From: an uncultured Planctomycetota bacterium
GTDB lineage: Bacteria > Planctomycetota > Planctomycetia > Gemmatales > Gemmataceae
Assembly: GCA_963849325.1 (NCBI GenBank)
Contig: CAWKHF010000002.1
Span: 480,001-544,000, forward strand
Length of the DNA stretch: 64,000 nucleotides
Direction of reading: 5' to 3'
A program made the position numbers and the translations under genes. Of the stretch, positions 31,142 through 39,731 are shown in pieces (position 1 is the first letter of the stretch; every line of letters begins with the position of its first letter). Under the pieces are notes generated by a model, which did no database searches, was not told the origin of the DNA, and saw only the letters and a list, made by a program, of their open reading frames with translations.

Positions 31142-31171
31142 CCGTTTCTCTGCCGACCTTTCTCTGTCTTC

Positions 31172-32041
31172 TCAGGCCAAAGGGAAACCTGAGTCCGCCC
31201 GTGTGAGTTCATCGTGGAGAGCGACCACGGGTCTCACGGCCAAATCGATGCTCTCGTTGCCCAGGACGTCCAGCAACGCACAGGTGGCCCAGCCCTCGGT
31301 GGACAAGGCATATTGCGCCTCCCAGGCACGCATCGCCCGCTCTTCGCTCTCGTCTGTCCACGGGTAACGTACCGGAGGAGGGCCGACGCCGCAACGCCAC
31401 GGCTTGGGCGAGAGGCGTGCGCGGAAACTCTTCTGCGACCGACACAGCTGCACGTAACGCGGGTCGCACCCCAGGTACTCCATCGCGACCTCGCTCGGTG
31501 TGCTCCCCGGCTCGAACGGCGCATGGGTTACCAGGTAGCGCAGCCCCGACCGCGTGCGGTAGACGCGCACGCCCCAGTCGGGGTGTTCGACGATCCATTC
31601 TCGCAATCGGGAGAGAGCGGCCGTCGCCGGGTCGCGCGGTGGGGGAATGAGGCGGCGGAAGAGCACGTGGGCCAGGCGCCGCAGAAGGACGAGGGACCGC
31701 AAAGGCTCGGCAAGGTCCACGTCGATGAAGAGAACACGTGCGGCATTGAGTATCCGCGCTCCGTAAGCGTTGCGGGTCAGCACCGCCAAGGGTTCTCCGA
31801 AGGGTCCATCGATCTGACCGAGGATCTCTTCGCGTAGCGGGCGCTCCCCGTAGGCATAGCGCTCGGGGAAGCCCTCACCTCGGTTAATTCGGGAGGCGAT
31901 GCGTTCGGCGGCCTCCCGAGCGAGCGCCTGCGCTTCGGCCTCGCTGTTGAGGGAACTACGCCAGCAGCGGAAGGGAACAACTTTCCCACGAGGGGTCTCT
32001 GCCCGCGACTCGACCTTCGACCAGTAACGAGGTATTCGCAC
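31172..32041 (-). CDS. Hypothetical protein, possible gene cassette
   Basis: 289-aa ORF with LTRNAYGARILN, LFIDVD, YRTRSGLR, GCDPRY, FRARLSPKPWR. Confidence 0.85.
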   Translation of the reverse strand: MRIPRYWSKVESRAETPRGKVVPFRCWRSSLNSEAEAQALAREAAERIASRINRGEGFPERYAYGERPLREEILGQIDGPFGEPLAVLTRNAYGARILNAARVLFIDVDLAEPLRSLVLLRRLAHVLFRRLIPPPRDPATAALSRLREWIVEHPDWGVRVYRTRSGLRYLVTHAPFEPGSTPSEVAMEYLGCDPRYVQLCRSQKSFRARLSPKPWRCGVGPPPVRYPWTDESEERAMRAWEAQYALSTEGWATCALLDVLGNESIDLAVRPVVALHDELTRADSGFPLA

Positions 32042-32062
32042 GAATCGACTGACCCAGTTAGA

Positions 32063-32392
32063 GCCGAACGATACGGTTCAACAGCTGCCGACTTGGGAGG
32101 CCGTTATGCGATGGCGCTGGTGATTGCCTGAAGGGAATTCATGGTATCCCCCATCGTCTCGGACCCACATAACCAGAGTAGCATCCCCTGTTTTCTTCAA
32201 CAACTCGCTCCTCGAAGATGGGCAGCGGTGTTGGTTGATCTTCACACCGTTGCTCTCCACCAAGCTCCCATGCCCTTCCTTCTCAAGCATCTCCGTCTTG
32301 ACCCGCCGAGACGATCCGGCTAAGGGGCCGCTGGTGGCCCGGCGTGCGCGAAAGCGCAAGCGGCCGCTCGTCTGTTGAACTGAGGATCATTC
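32063..32392 (-). mobile_element. Two degenerate attC-like sites (32063-32109, 32305-32392) flanking a 70-codon ORF
   Basis: Minus strand GCATAAC...GCTGTTGAACCGTATCGTTCGGC and ...GTTCAACAGACGAGCGGCCGC...GCGGCCCCTTAGCCGGATCGTCTCGGC, each followed closely by a start codon. Confidence 0.45.
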
Positions 32393-35300
32393 ATGCGATT
32401 TATCCGCACGCTATCAATTCCGTCGATCGCGCTCCTGGCGGCGCTGGTTCCGTCCGTGCGCGGCGCGGAGCTGCGCCACTTCGAGGACGCGGCCCTGCAC
32501 GCGATCCAGTTCTGCGACAACCGCGAAGGTTGGGCAGTCGGCGACGAGGGCGTGATCTGGCACAGCATCGACGGCGGCAAGCACTGGGAGCGCCAGCCCA
32601 GCGGCGTGCGCGCCTCGCTGCGCTCGCTGTACTTTCTCGATCCCTACACCGGCTGGGTCGTCGGCCGCGAGGAGCTGCCCAACGGCGCCGGCAGCACCGG
32701 TGTGGTGCTGTACACCAAGGACGGCGGATTGCACTGGCAGCGCGTCATGCTCAACATGCTGCCCGGACTCAACCGCGTTCGCTTCGTGAACGAGCAGGCC
32801 GGCTACCCGGTCGGCTACCTCGTCGGCGACGGCAACGACGCGCATCCGTCCGGCGTGTTCGTGACGGCGGACGGCGGGCGGAGCTGGCAGCCGGTGGCGG
32901 GGGGACGCTCGGCCTCGTGGCTGGCGGCGGCGTTCGCCGACAACGGCGAAGGCGCCTGGGCGGCGCCTGGAATCGGCTGGCCACGGTGCGCAAGGACCGC
33001 GTCTTCCAGGTCAACATGGATACCCTCGGCGGCCGTGCCCTGCGTGACCTGCAACTGCGCGGCGACGACGGCCTGGCGGTCGGCCAGGGCGGGTTGATCC
33101 TGCGCAGCGAGCGCACGCGCGGATCGAGTTGGGATTACGTCAAGCTGCCATTGACGAGTGCTGTCCGAGCCGCCTGGGACTTTCATGCTGTCCACGGCGT
33201 CGGATCGCATTACTGGGTGGTCGGCCGACCCGGCTCGGTGGCGCTGCACAGCGGCGATCGCGGCCGGAACTGGGACGTGGTCCGCACCGGCCAACCGCTG
33301 CCTCTCCACGGCCTTTTCTTCACTGACGAGCAGCACGGCTGGGCGGTCGGCGAATTCGGCACCATCACGGCCACGGTCGATGGCGGGAAGACCTGGCAGG
33401 TGCAGCATCGCGGCGGACAGCGAGCGGCGGTACTGCTCGTACACGCCCGCGCCGGCGGCGTCCCGCTGGATGCCGTGGCCCAACTCGGCGGTCAGGAGGG
33501 CTACCTGTGTACCGCCCTCCGCGTCACGGCCTCCGACCTGACGACGGCGGCCCTTTCGCGCTCGGCCGAGGGGACGCGGTTCGCCACCGCCGTGCGGCAG
33601 GCCGGCGGTGCCGCGGCGGAAATGCTGTGGGCGTTCCCCCTGTCGTCGCACCTGCTCCGCGCTCCGCGCCGGACCTGCTCCGCGCCTGGGACACACTGCA
33701 CGGCGATCAGGCCGCCGAACAGCTGCTGCGCCAGCTCGTCCTGACCATCCGCACCTGGCGGCCCGCCGTCGTCCTCACCGATTCGGCCGAGGAGAAGGCC
33801 GATGGCTTCGCCTGCGACGCCCTGCTGGCCGAGGCGGTGCGTGCCGCGTTCGAGCGGGCCGGCGATCCGCATACGTTCCCGGAGCAGGTCACGGCCCTTG
33901 GGCTGGAGCCGTGGCAGGCTGTCAAGGTCTACGCCATTGGCCGAACCGGCGCCGGCCGCGTGTCACTCGACCTGACCGCGATCGCACCGCGCCTGCAATC
34001 GACGCTGCGCGAGTTCGCCGCCGGCCCGGCCGCCCTGCTCGCCGACGGCGCCGTCGCTCTGCCCGATCAGCGCGACTTCGGCCTGCTCGCCGCTCACCTC
34101 AAGGACGCCGCCGGACATCACGATCTGATGCAGGGCGTCGATCTCGCTCCGGGTGGACTGGCCCGCCGCATGCTCGACGAATCGCCCGAGATGCCGGAGG
34201 AGCTGCTCAAGGCCATCCGCCAGCGCACGAACTTGAAGGCGCTGTCCGAGACGCCGCCCAGCGCGCTGACCGATCCGAACCGTCTGCTGGCCCAGGTTGG
34301 TCCCCTGTTGGCCGAGATGCCCGACGACCAGGCGGCGCCGGCCGCGTTCGCCGTCGCCAACCAGTACGCGCGCCTGGGACAGTGGGCCTTGGCCCGCGAG
34401 GCGTTCCTGCTGCTGGTCGATCGCTATCCGACGCATCCGTTGGCGATGGACGGCTATCGCTGGCTGATCCGCCACAACAGCAGTAGCGAGGCCCGGCACC
34501 GCCATGAGGTGGGCCAATTCCTCGTCGTCGAGGAAGTCGCGATACAAAGAGGGCTTGACCCTCGGCAAGCCGGGCGAGCGCGATGCGGACAAACCAGGTG
34601 TTAAGTTACCCGCCTGGAGCAAGGACATGCGCCAACCCCCGGAAATTCCAGAGTTAAAAGTAAAAGATAACTCTCAAAAGTATCTATTCGCCAAGAAGGA
34701 CCAGATTCGCCAGTGGTACCAGAGCAGTCTGGACCTGGAGCCGCGCCTGGCCGCGCTCGGGCCGCTGCTGACGAGCGATCCGTCCATGCAGTTCTGCTTG
34801 CAGTCGGCGCGACGCAACCTCGGCGATTTCCAGACGCCGCACAAGTGGTACACGCAGTTCGTGGCTCGCCAGCCGGACGGACCCTGGCGCGCCGCCGCCG
34901 CCGCCGAGCAATGGCTGAGCCATCGCGCCGGCCCGCCTCCCAAGCCCGTGCTGCCCTGCCGTTACACCGACACGCGGCCCCTGCTCGACGGCAACCTCAA
35001 CGACGCCTGCTGGCAAGTCAAACCGATCGCTCTGCAAAACGCGGCCGGCGACACCGGCAAGGAGTATCCGACAGAGGTCCGCCTGACCTACGACAAGGAC
35101 TTCCTCTATGTCGCCCTCAAGTGCGTCCATCCGGCCGACCGTTACGTCGCGCCGATCAAGCCGCGCACGCGCGACGCCGACCTGCGCGGCCACGACCGCG
35201 TCAGCATCCTGCTCGACCTCGACCGCGATTATTGCACCTGCTTCCATCTGCAGATCGATCAGCGTGGCTGCGTCTGCGAGGACTGCTGGGGCGACAAGAA

Positions 35301-35550
35301 ATGGGATCCGCACTGGTATGTGGCCGTTCACAGCGAATCGACGTGCTGGGTGATCGAGGCGGCGATTCCGCTGCTGGCGCTGACGAGCGACGCCATCACC
35401 TCGGGCAAGGCGTGGGCGTGCAACGTCGTCCGCGTCGTGCCCGGCCGCGGCGTGCAAGCGTGGTCGCTGCCGGCCGAGGTGCCCGAGGAATCGCTGCGAC
35501 CGGAAGGCATGGGACTGCTGCTGTTCTCGCAGGACGAATCGGTGCATTGA
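32393..35550 (+). CDS. Large exported protein: YCF48/BNR propeller, alpha/beta middle domain, TPR-like segment, CBM9/DOMON-like C-terminus (3 frameshifts)
   Basis: GWAVGDEG, SIDGGKHW, TKDGGLHW, TVDGGKTW Asp-boxes; PLLDGNLNDACW, YDKDFLYVA, DRVSILLDLDRD, WVIEAAIP. Confidence 0.85.
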
Positions 35551-35580
35551 GCCGCTTGCGGCCTGGCGAGGACGCCTTTT

Positions 35581-35632
35581 CCGAGCCTGAAGCGTAAGCG
35601 AAGGAAACTCTTCGCTCACGCTTCAGGCTCGG
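35581..35632. repeat. REP-like palindrome family C
   Basis: CCGAGCCTGAAGCGTAAGCGAAG...CTTCGCTCACGCTTCAGGCTCGG. Confidence 0.85.
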
Positions 35633-35706
35633 ATGCGTTTTGCCCCCTAGCTCATAGAATAATCGTTTGTCCTTGTGGTCCTGGTCCCCGCGCAGGCGCT
35701 TGCTTC

Positions 35707-36645
35707 ATGGCCGCCGAACCGTACTTGCCTCGATTGACTGCTCGCCTCGCGGACGGCGTGGCTCGTCTGCCGGCCGAGGTCCGTGCTCGTCACGCTGCCT
35801 ACTTGCACGCCGCCCAGAATGAAGACGGCGGTTTCTCCGGCCGCGAGGGCGGCTCGGATTTGTATTACACCGGCTTCGCCCTGCGCGGCCTCGCCGTACT
35901 CGACGCCTTGACGCCGGCGGTCTGCGAGCGAGCGGCGAGCTATCTGCGGGGCTGCCTAACGCAGCAGGCCAGCGTTGTCGATTTCTTCTCCTTGCTCTAC
36001 GCCTGTCTGCTGGTGCAAACGGGCGGCGGTCCCGACGTGCTCGGCGACAGTCCGCCGGACTGGCCCGACCGCGTGGCCCAGACCCTGGAGAGTTTCCGCA
36101 CCTCCGACGGCGGCTATGCCAAGACCAGCGGCGGCATCTCGGGCAGTACCTATCACACGTTCCTCGTCGCCCTCTGCTATCAACTGCTGGGCCGACCGGT
36201 GCCGCGCTGGACCGACGTGGTGGGCTTCGTCGCCTCGCGCCGGCGCGAGGACGGCGGCTACGTCGAGATCGCCCCGATGCGTCGCGGCGGCACGAATCCG
36301 ACGGCCGCCGCCATCGGACTGCTGCAAATGGCGCACGAGGAAATTCCGGGGACACTCGACGAGGTCCGCGATGGTGCGATCGAATTCCTCGCCGGCATGT
36401 CGTCTCCGGAGGGCGGTCTGCGCGCCAACGGCCGAGCGCCGCTGGCGGATCTGCTGTCCACGTTCACGGCGGCGTGGACCCTCGAACAGCTCGGCGGCTT
36501 GTCGCGCCTGGACACGGAGCAAGCGCGGCGCTACGCCACGTCGCTGGAACGACGACAGGGCGGTTTCCACGGCGGACTATGGGATGAGGGATGCGATGTG
36601 GAATACACGTTCTACGGCATCGGCGTCCTGGCGCTCTTCGCGTAA
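35707..36645 (+). CDS. Prenyltransferase/squalene oxidase repeat protein (protein prenyltransferase beta-subunit-like)
   Basis: QNEDGGFSGREGGSDLYYTGFAL, DGGY, EGGL, GGFHGGLWDEGCDVEYTFYG repeats. Confidence 0.9.
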   Translation: MAAEPYLPRLTARLADGVARLPAEVRARHAAYLHAAQNEDGGFSGREGGSDLYYTGFALRGLAVLDALTPAVCERAASYLRGCLTQQASVVDFFSLLYACLLVQTGGGPDVLGDSPPDWPDRVAQTLESFRTSDGGYAKTSGGISGSTYHTFLVALCYQLLGRPVPRWTDVVGFVASRRREDGGYVEIAPMRRGGTNPTAAAIGLLQMAHEEIPGTLDEVRDGAIEFLAGMSSPEGGLRANGRAPLADLLSTFTAAWTLEQLGGLSRLDTEQARRYATSLERRQGGFHGGLWDEGCDVEYTFYGIGVLALFA

Positions 36646-36651
36646 GAGAGG

Positions 36652-36725
36652 TCCGGCCTGCAAGGCAATCCGGCCTGCCCGACTACTCGGCGACGAAGGG
36701 AGCGATTCACGCTTTCACGAAAACG
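36652..36725 (+). pseudogene. Short remnant of an SDR oxidoreductase
   Basis: Reads SGLQGNP-(shift)-LPDYSATKGAIHAFTKT, the SDR YxxxK catalytic segment, with no flanking SDR sequence. Confidence 0.65.
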
Positions 36726-36760
36726 ACGGCGAGCGGAGCTGCCGCCCCCAACAGGCGGAA

Positions 36761-37594
36761 TCAAGCGTTCTGCTTCCGCGTCTTGACGTGGTGGTTCACG
36801 ACATAGTCGAGCAGTTCGTCGGAGGCCAGCTTCGGCAGATCGCCTTTGTGGACCTTGCGCCGTCCCGGCGCCAGGAACAGTTTGACGCGCTCGTTCTTGC
36901 GAAGATGGAACTCGACGCGCGAGCAAATGTCGTGCGCCGTATCGTAATCGAGTTTCACGTCACGCATCAACCGGCGCTCGATGTACTCGTGGGCCACGAT
37001 GAAGGGCAGCTCGCGGTGGTCGAGGCTGTCCTCGATCCAGATCTCGTCGTTGGGCACCCACGGATAGACGAAGCCGTGGCCGCCCTCGGTGTAGTCGGTC
37101 TTGTACAGGCTGCGCACCACGTTGCCGTCCACGATCCAGACCTCGACCGTGGTGCCCTCTTTGTCCGGCAGCGTCGCATAGGGGGAGACGTAGACTTCCT
37201 TGGGCACGCGCTTTTGTGGCCCCGCGCCGCGGAACTGCAGGTGGTTGAGCCGTTCGCGCAGCAGGCGCTCGACCTCGATGCCCCGCGTGTACGCCCGCTC
37301 GTCCGGCGTGCCGCGCGCCTGCTCCTTCAGTTGCGTCAAGGCGTTGGCGATGAAAAACAAACCTTCCTTGTCGATAGTTTGCTCCGCCAGCCACACTTCA
37401 CCCTTGGGGATCAGCGAAGGAAAGTCCTCGGAAGTGGCGAAAGAGCCGAACTCCTCATCGGGCTGCGCTATGTCGCGGACAGCGTAGCCGTTGACCGCGT
37501 AGAAATCGTATCCGTCATGGGTAGCAATGAAGCGCTTGTTGAGCTTCACCCCGCGAGGATTGGGACGTTTCCGGGCGCGGCCATTGTTTGGCAT
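36761..37594 (-). CDS. Hypothetical protein with internal two-domain duplication and HExxE motif
   Basis: GGAGGT RBS; VNGYAVR...IPKGEVW vs VDGNVVR...VPNDEIW; AHEYIE...AH in second copy. Confidence 0.85.
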   Translation of the reverse strand: MPNNGRARKRPNPRGVKLNKRFIATHDGYDFYAVNGYAVRDIAQPDEEFGSFATSEDFPSLIPKGEVWLAEQTIDKEGLFFIANALTQLKEQARGTPDERAYTRGIEVERLLRERLNHLQFRGAGPQKRVPKEVYVSPYATLPDKEGTTVEVWIVDGNVVRSLYKTDYTEGGHGFVYPWVPNDEIWIEDSLDHRELPFIVAHEYIERRLMRDVKLDYDTAHDICSRVEFHLRKNERVKLFLAPGRRKVHKGDLPKLASDELLDYVVNHHVKTRKQNA

Positions 37595-37644
37595 AGGGAA
37601 CAGACCTCCGGGAGCTAGCAGGGGGATTCAGGCGGCGCCACCTG

Positions 37645-38820
37645 TCAAGGGCGCAGCAACACCTTCAGGCACTGGTCCTGCTTATCGCGGAACATTGGAT
37701 AGGCGAGCGGCGCCTCGTCCAGAGAGAAGCGGTGCGAGAACACGAAAGCCGGATCGATCTGCCCCTTTTGCCAGTGCTCGAACAGGCGCGGAATGTACTT
37801 TTGGCCGTGCATCTGGCCCATGCGGAAGCGCAGTCCCTTGTTCATGGCCACGCCCAGGGGGAACTTGTCCGCCAGGCCCGAGTACACGCCCATGATCGAC
37901 AGCGTGCCGCCCTTGCGGCAGCAAGCGATCATCTGCCGCACGACGGCCACGCGGTCGTTGACCAGCATCAGGGCTTGCTTGGTGCGGTCGTAGACGTGCT
38001 CGATAAGATTGCTGCCGTGCGCCTCCAGGCCGACCGCGTCGATGCAGGCGTCCGGCCCACGGCCGCCGGTCAGAGAGAGTAACGCCTCGGACACGTCCAC
38101 TTCGTCACTGTTGAGCGGGATGGCCCCGCTCTGCTCGACCGCCAACCGCAGCCGTTCGGGAAGGTTGTCGATGGCGAGGACGTGCGCCGCGCCGAACAGG
38201 GTGGCGCTCTTGATGGCGAACTGGCCGACCGGCCCGCAGCCCCAGACGGCGACGGTGTCGCCGGGCTGGATGTCGCAGATGTCCGCCCCCATGTAGCCGG
38301 TCGGGAAGGCGTCGGAGCAGGCCAACGCCTGTTCGTCGCTCATCGCCTCCGGCACCGGGAAGGCGCCAACGTCGGCGAAGGGCACGCGGAGATATTCGGC
38401 CTGGGCGCCGGCGTAGCCGCCGAACAGGTGCGAATAACCGAAGATCCCCGCCGTGGCCTGAGTGAACAGCTTCTCTTGCATCCAGGCATTGGGGTTACTG
38501 TTGTCGCACAGCGAAAATTCCTGGTTGCGGCAATACCAGCACTGGCCACAGGCGATGATCGACGAGACGACAACGCGGTCGCCCTTCTTGATCTTGTGGA
38601 CTTCTCGGCCGACCTCGACGACCTCACCGACGATCTCGTGGCCGAGGATGTCGCCCTTCTGCATGGTGGCGATGTAGCCGTCGTAGATGTGCAGGTCCGA
38701 GCCGCAGATGGTCGTCACGGCGGTCTTGACGATGGCGTCGCGTGGGGCCAGGATCGCCGGGTCCGGCACCTTCTCCACGTGTACCTTCTTGGAGCCGCAC
38801 CAGCAAACTGCTCGCATCAT
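37645..38820 (-). CDS. Zinc-dependent alcohol dehydrogenase (formaldehyde dehydrogenase-like)
   Basis: ICGSDLH, GHE, CGQCWYC...C, GCGPVG, CIDAVGLE. Confidence 0.96.
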   Translation of the reverse strand: MMRAVCWCGSKKVHVEKVPDPAILAPRDAIVKTAVTTICGSDLHIYDGYIATMQKGDILGHEIVGEVVEVGREVHKIKKGDRVVVSSIIACGQCWYCRNQEFSLCDNSNPNAWMQEKLFTQATAGIFGYSHLFGGYAGAQAEYLRVPFADVGAFPVPEAMSDEQALACSDAFPTGYMGADICDIQPGDTVAVWGCGPVGQFAIKSATLFGAAHVLAIDNLPERLRLAVEQSGAIPLNSDEVDVSEALLSLTGGRGPDACIDAVGLEAHGSNLIEHVYDRTKQALMLVNDRVAVVRQMIACCRKGGTLSIMGVYSGLADKFPLGVAMNKGLRFRMGQMHGQKYIPRLFEHWQKGQIDPAFVFSHRFSLDEAPLAYPMFRDKQDQCLKVLLRP

Positions 38821-38921
38821 ACGTCCTCCTTCCGTCCATCGGTCTCTCTCCGGATAACGGCGGACGAGTCCAATCCGGAAATCTCCTCCGACTGCCTGTC
38901 GGCATCGAGTAGGGAATTGAA

Positions 38922-38937
38922 TGCAAAAGAGATGCCA
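38922..38937 (-). promoter_or_regulatory. Sigma54 (-24/-12) promoter
   Basis: Minus strand TGGCATCTCTTTTGCA (GG-N10-GC), about 100 bp upstream of the ADH start. Confidence 0.75.
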
Positions 38938-39027
38938 TTAGAGCTTAGGACCAGGGGAAAGACCCGAGCCACTCATCAAGTCAGCGCGGAAAGGACTACA
39001 CCTTGCGGACGCTGCGAACGGGTCGGA

Positions 39028-39624
39028 TCAAGGTTTCCCACCCTGTTCTTGCAGGATCTCCTGGTTCTCGATGCGCACGGGGACGAAGGGAGGGATAGAC
39101 TTGGGGCTATAGGGGAGGACACGCCGACGGCCGCTAGCGACCTCCTCGCACCAACGAGCGAAAAAGTCGCCCCAGACGGGTGCCTGACCGCGTCGGTGAA
39201 ATTCGCTCAGCGCCTCCAGGTCGGCTCGCATGAAGTTCGTGTAAGCGCACTCCACGTCCGCATGTCCCAACACGCTGAGCAGCCAGACGGCAAACTCCGA
39301 CAACTCGGTCTCGAAAGCCCGGTAGTTTTCGATCGCTCGCTCCAGCCTGGCCGGATCGGTCTCCCGACTCTCCTTGGCGGCGCACAGTTCCTCGAACATC
39401 TCCTGCACGGCCGGCCGACTCTGGCTCCAGCGGACGAGGCTGCCGAGAGCGTGGACCAGGTAGTAGGTGCGCTCCTCCGCCCCGTAGTCGCTGTTCATTG
39501 TCACCGACAGGCCGTCAAACGCGCCCACCTTCTCTGGCTTCAGCTTCTCATGGCGTACTCGGATACCGTGCCCTTCGGCCCACGCCTGCACGTCCTGGTA
39601 GACCTGCTCGAAAGCCGTTGTCAT
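39028..39624 (-). CDS. Hypothetical protein
   Basis: 198-aa ORF; GAFDGL, YYLVHALGSLVRW, FMRADLE. Confidence 0.75.
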   Translation of the reverse strand: MTTAFEQVYQDVQAWAEGHGIRVRHEKLKPEKVGAFDGLSVTMNSDYGAEERTYYLVHALGSLVRWSQSRPAVQEMFEELCAAKESRETDPARLERAIENYRAFETELSEFAVWLLSVLGHADVECAYTNFMRADLEALSEFHRRGQAPVWGDFFARWCEEVASGRRRVLPYSPKSIPPFVPVRIENQEILQEQGGKP

Positions 39625-39731
39625 GCCGTCTTCACCCTCGTGGGACAGATGACCTCCATTCAACCGGCGAGACGCAAAGCGTGTGCCGAAGATGAAGACA
39701 ACCGCCGAGGGGCAAGGTCGAGGAGGAGAGG

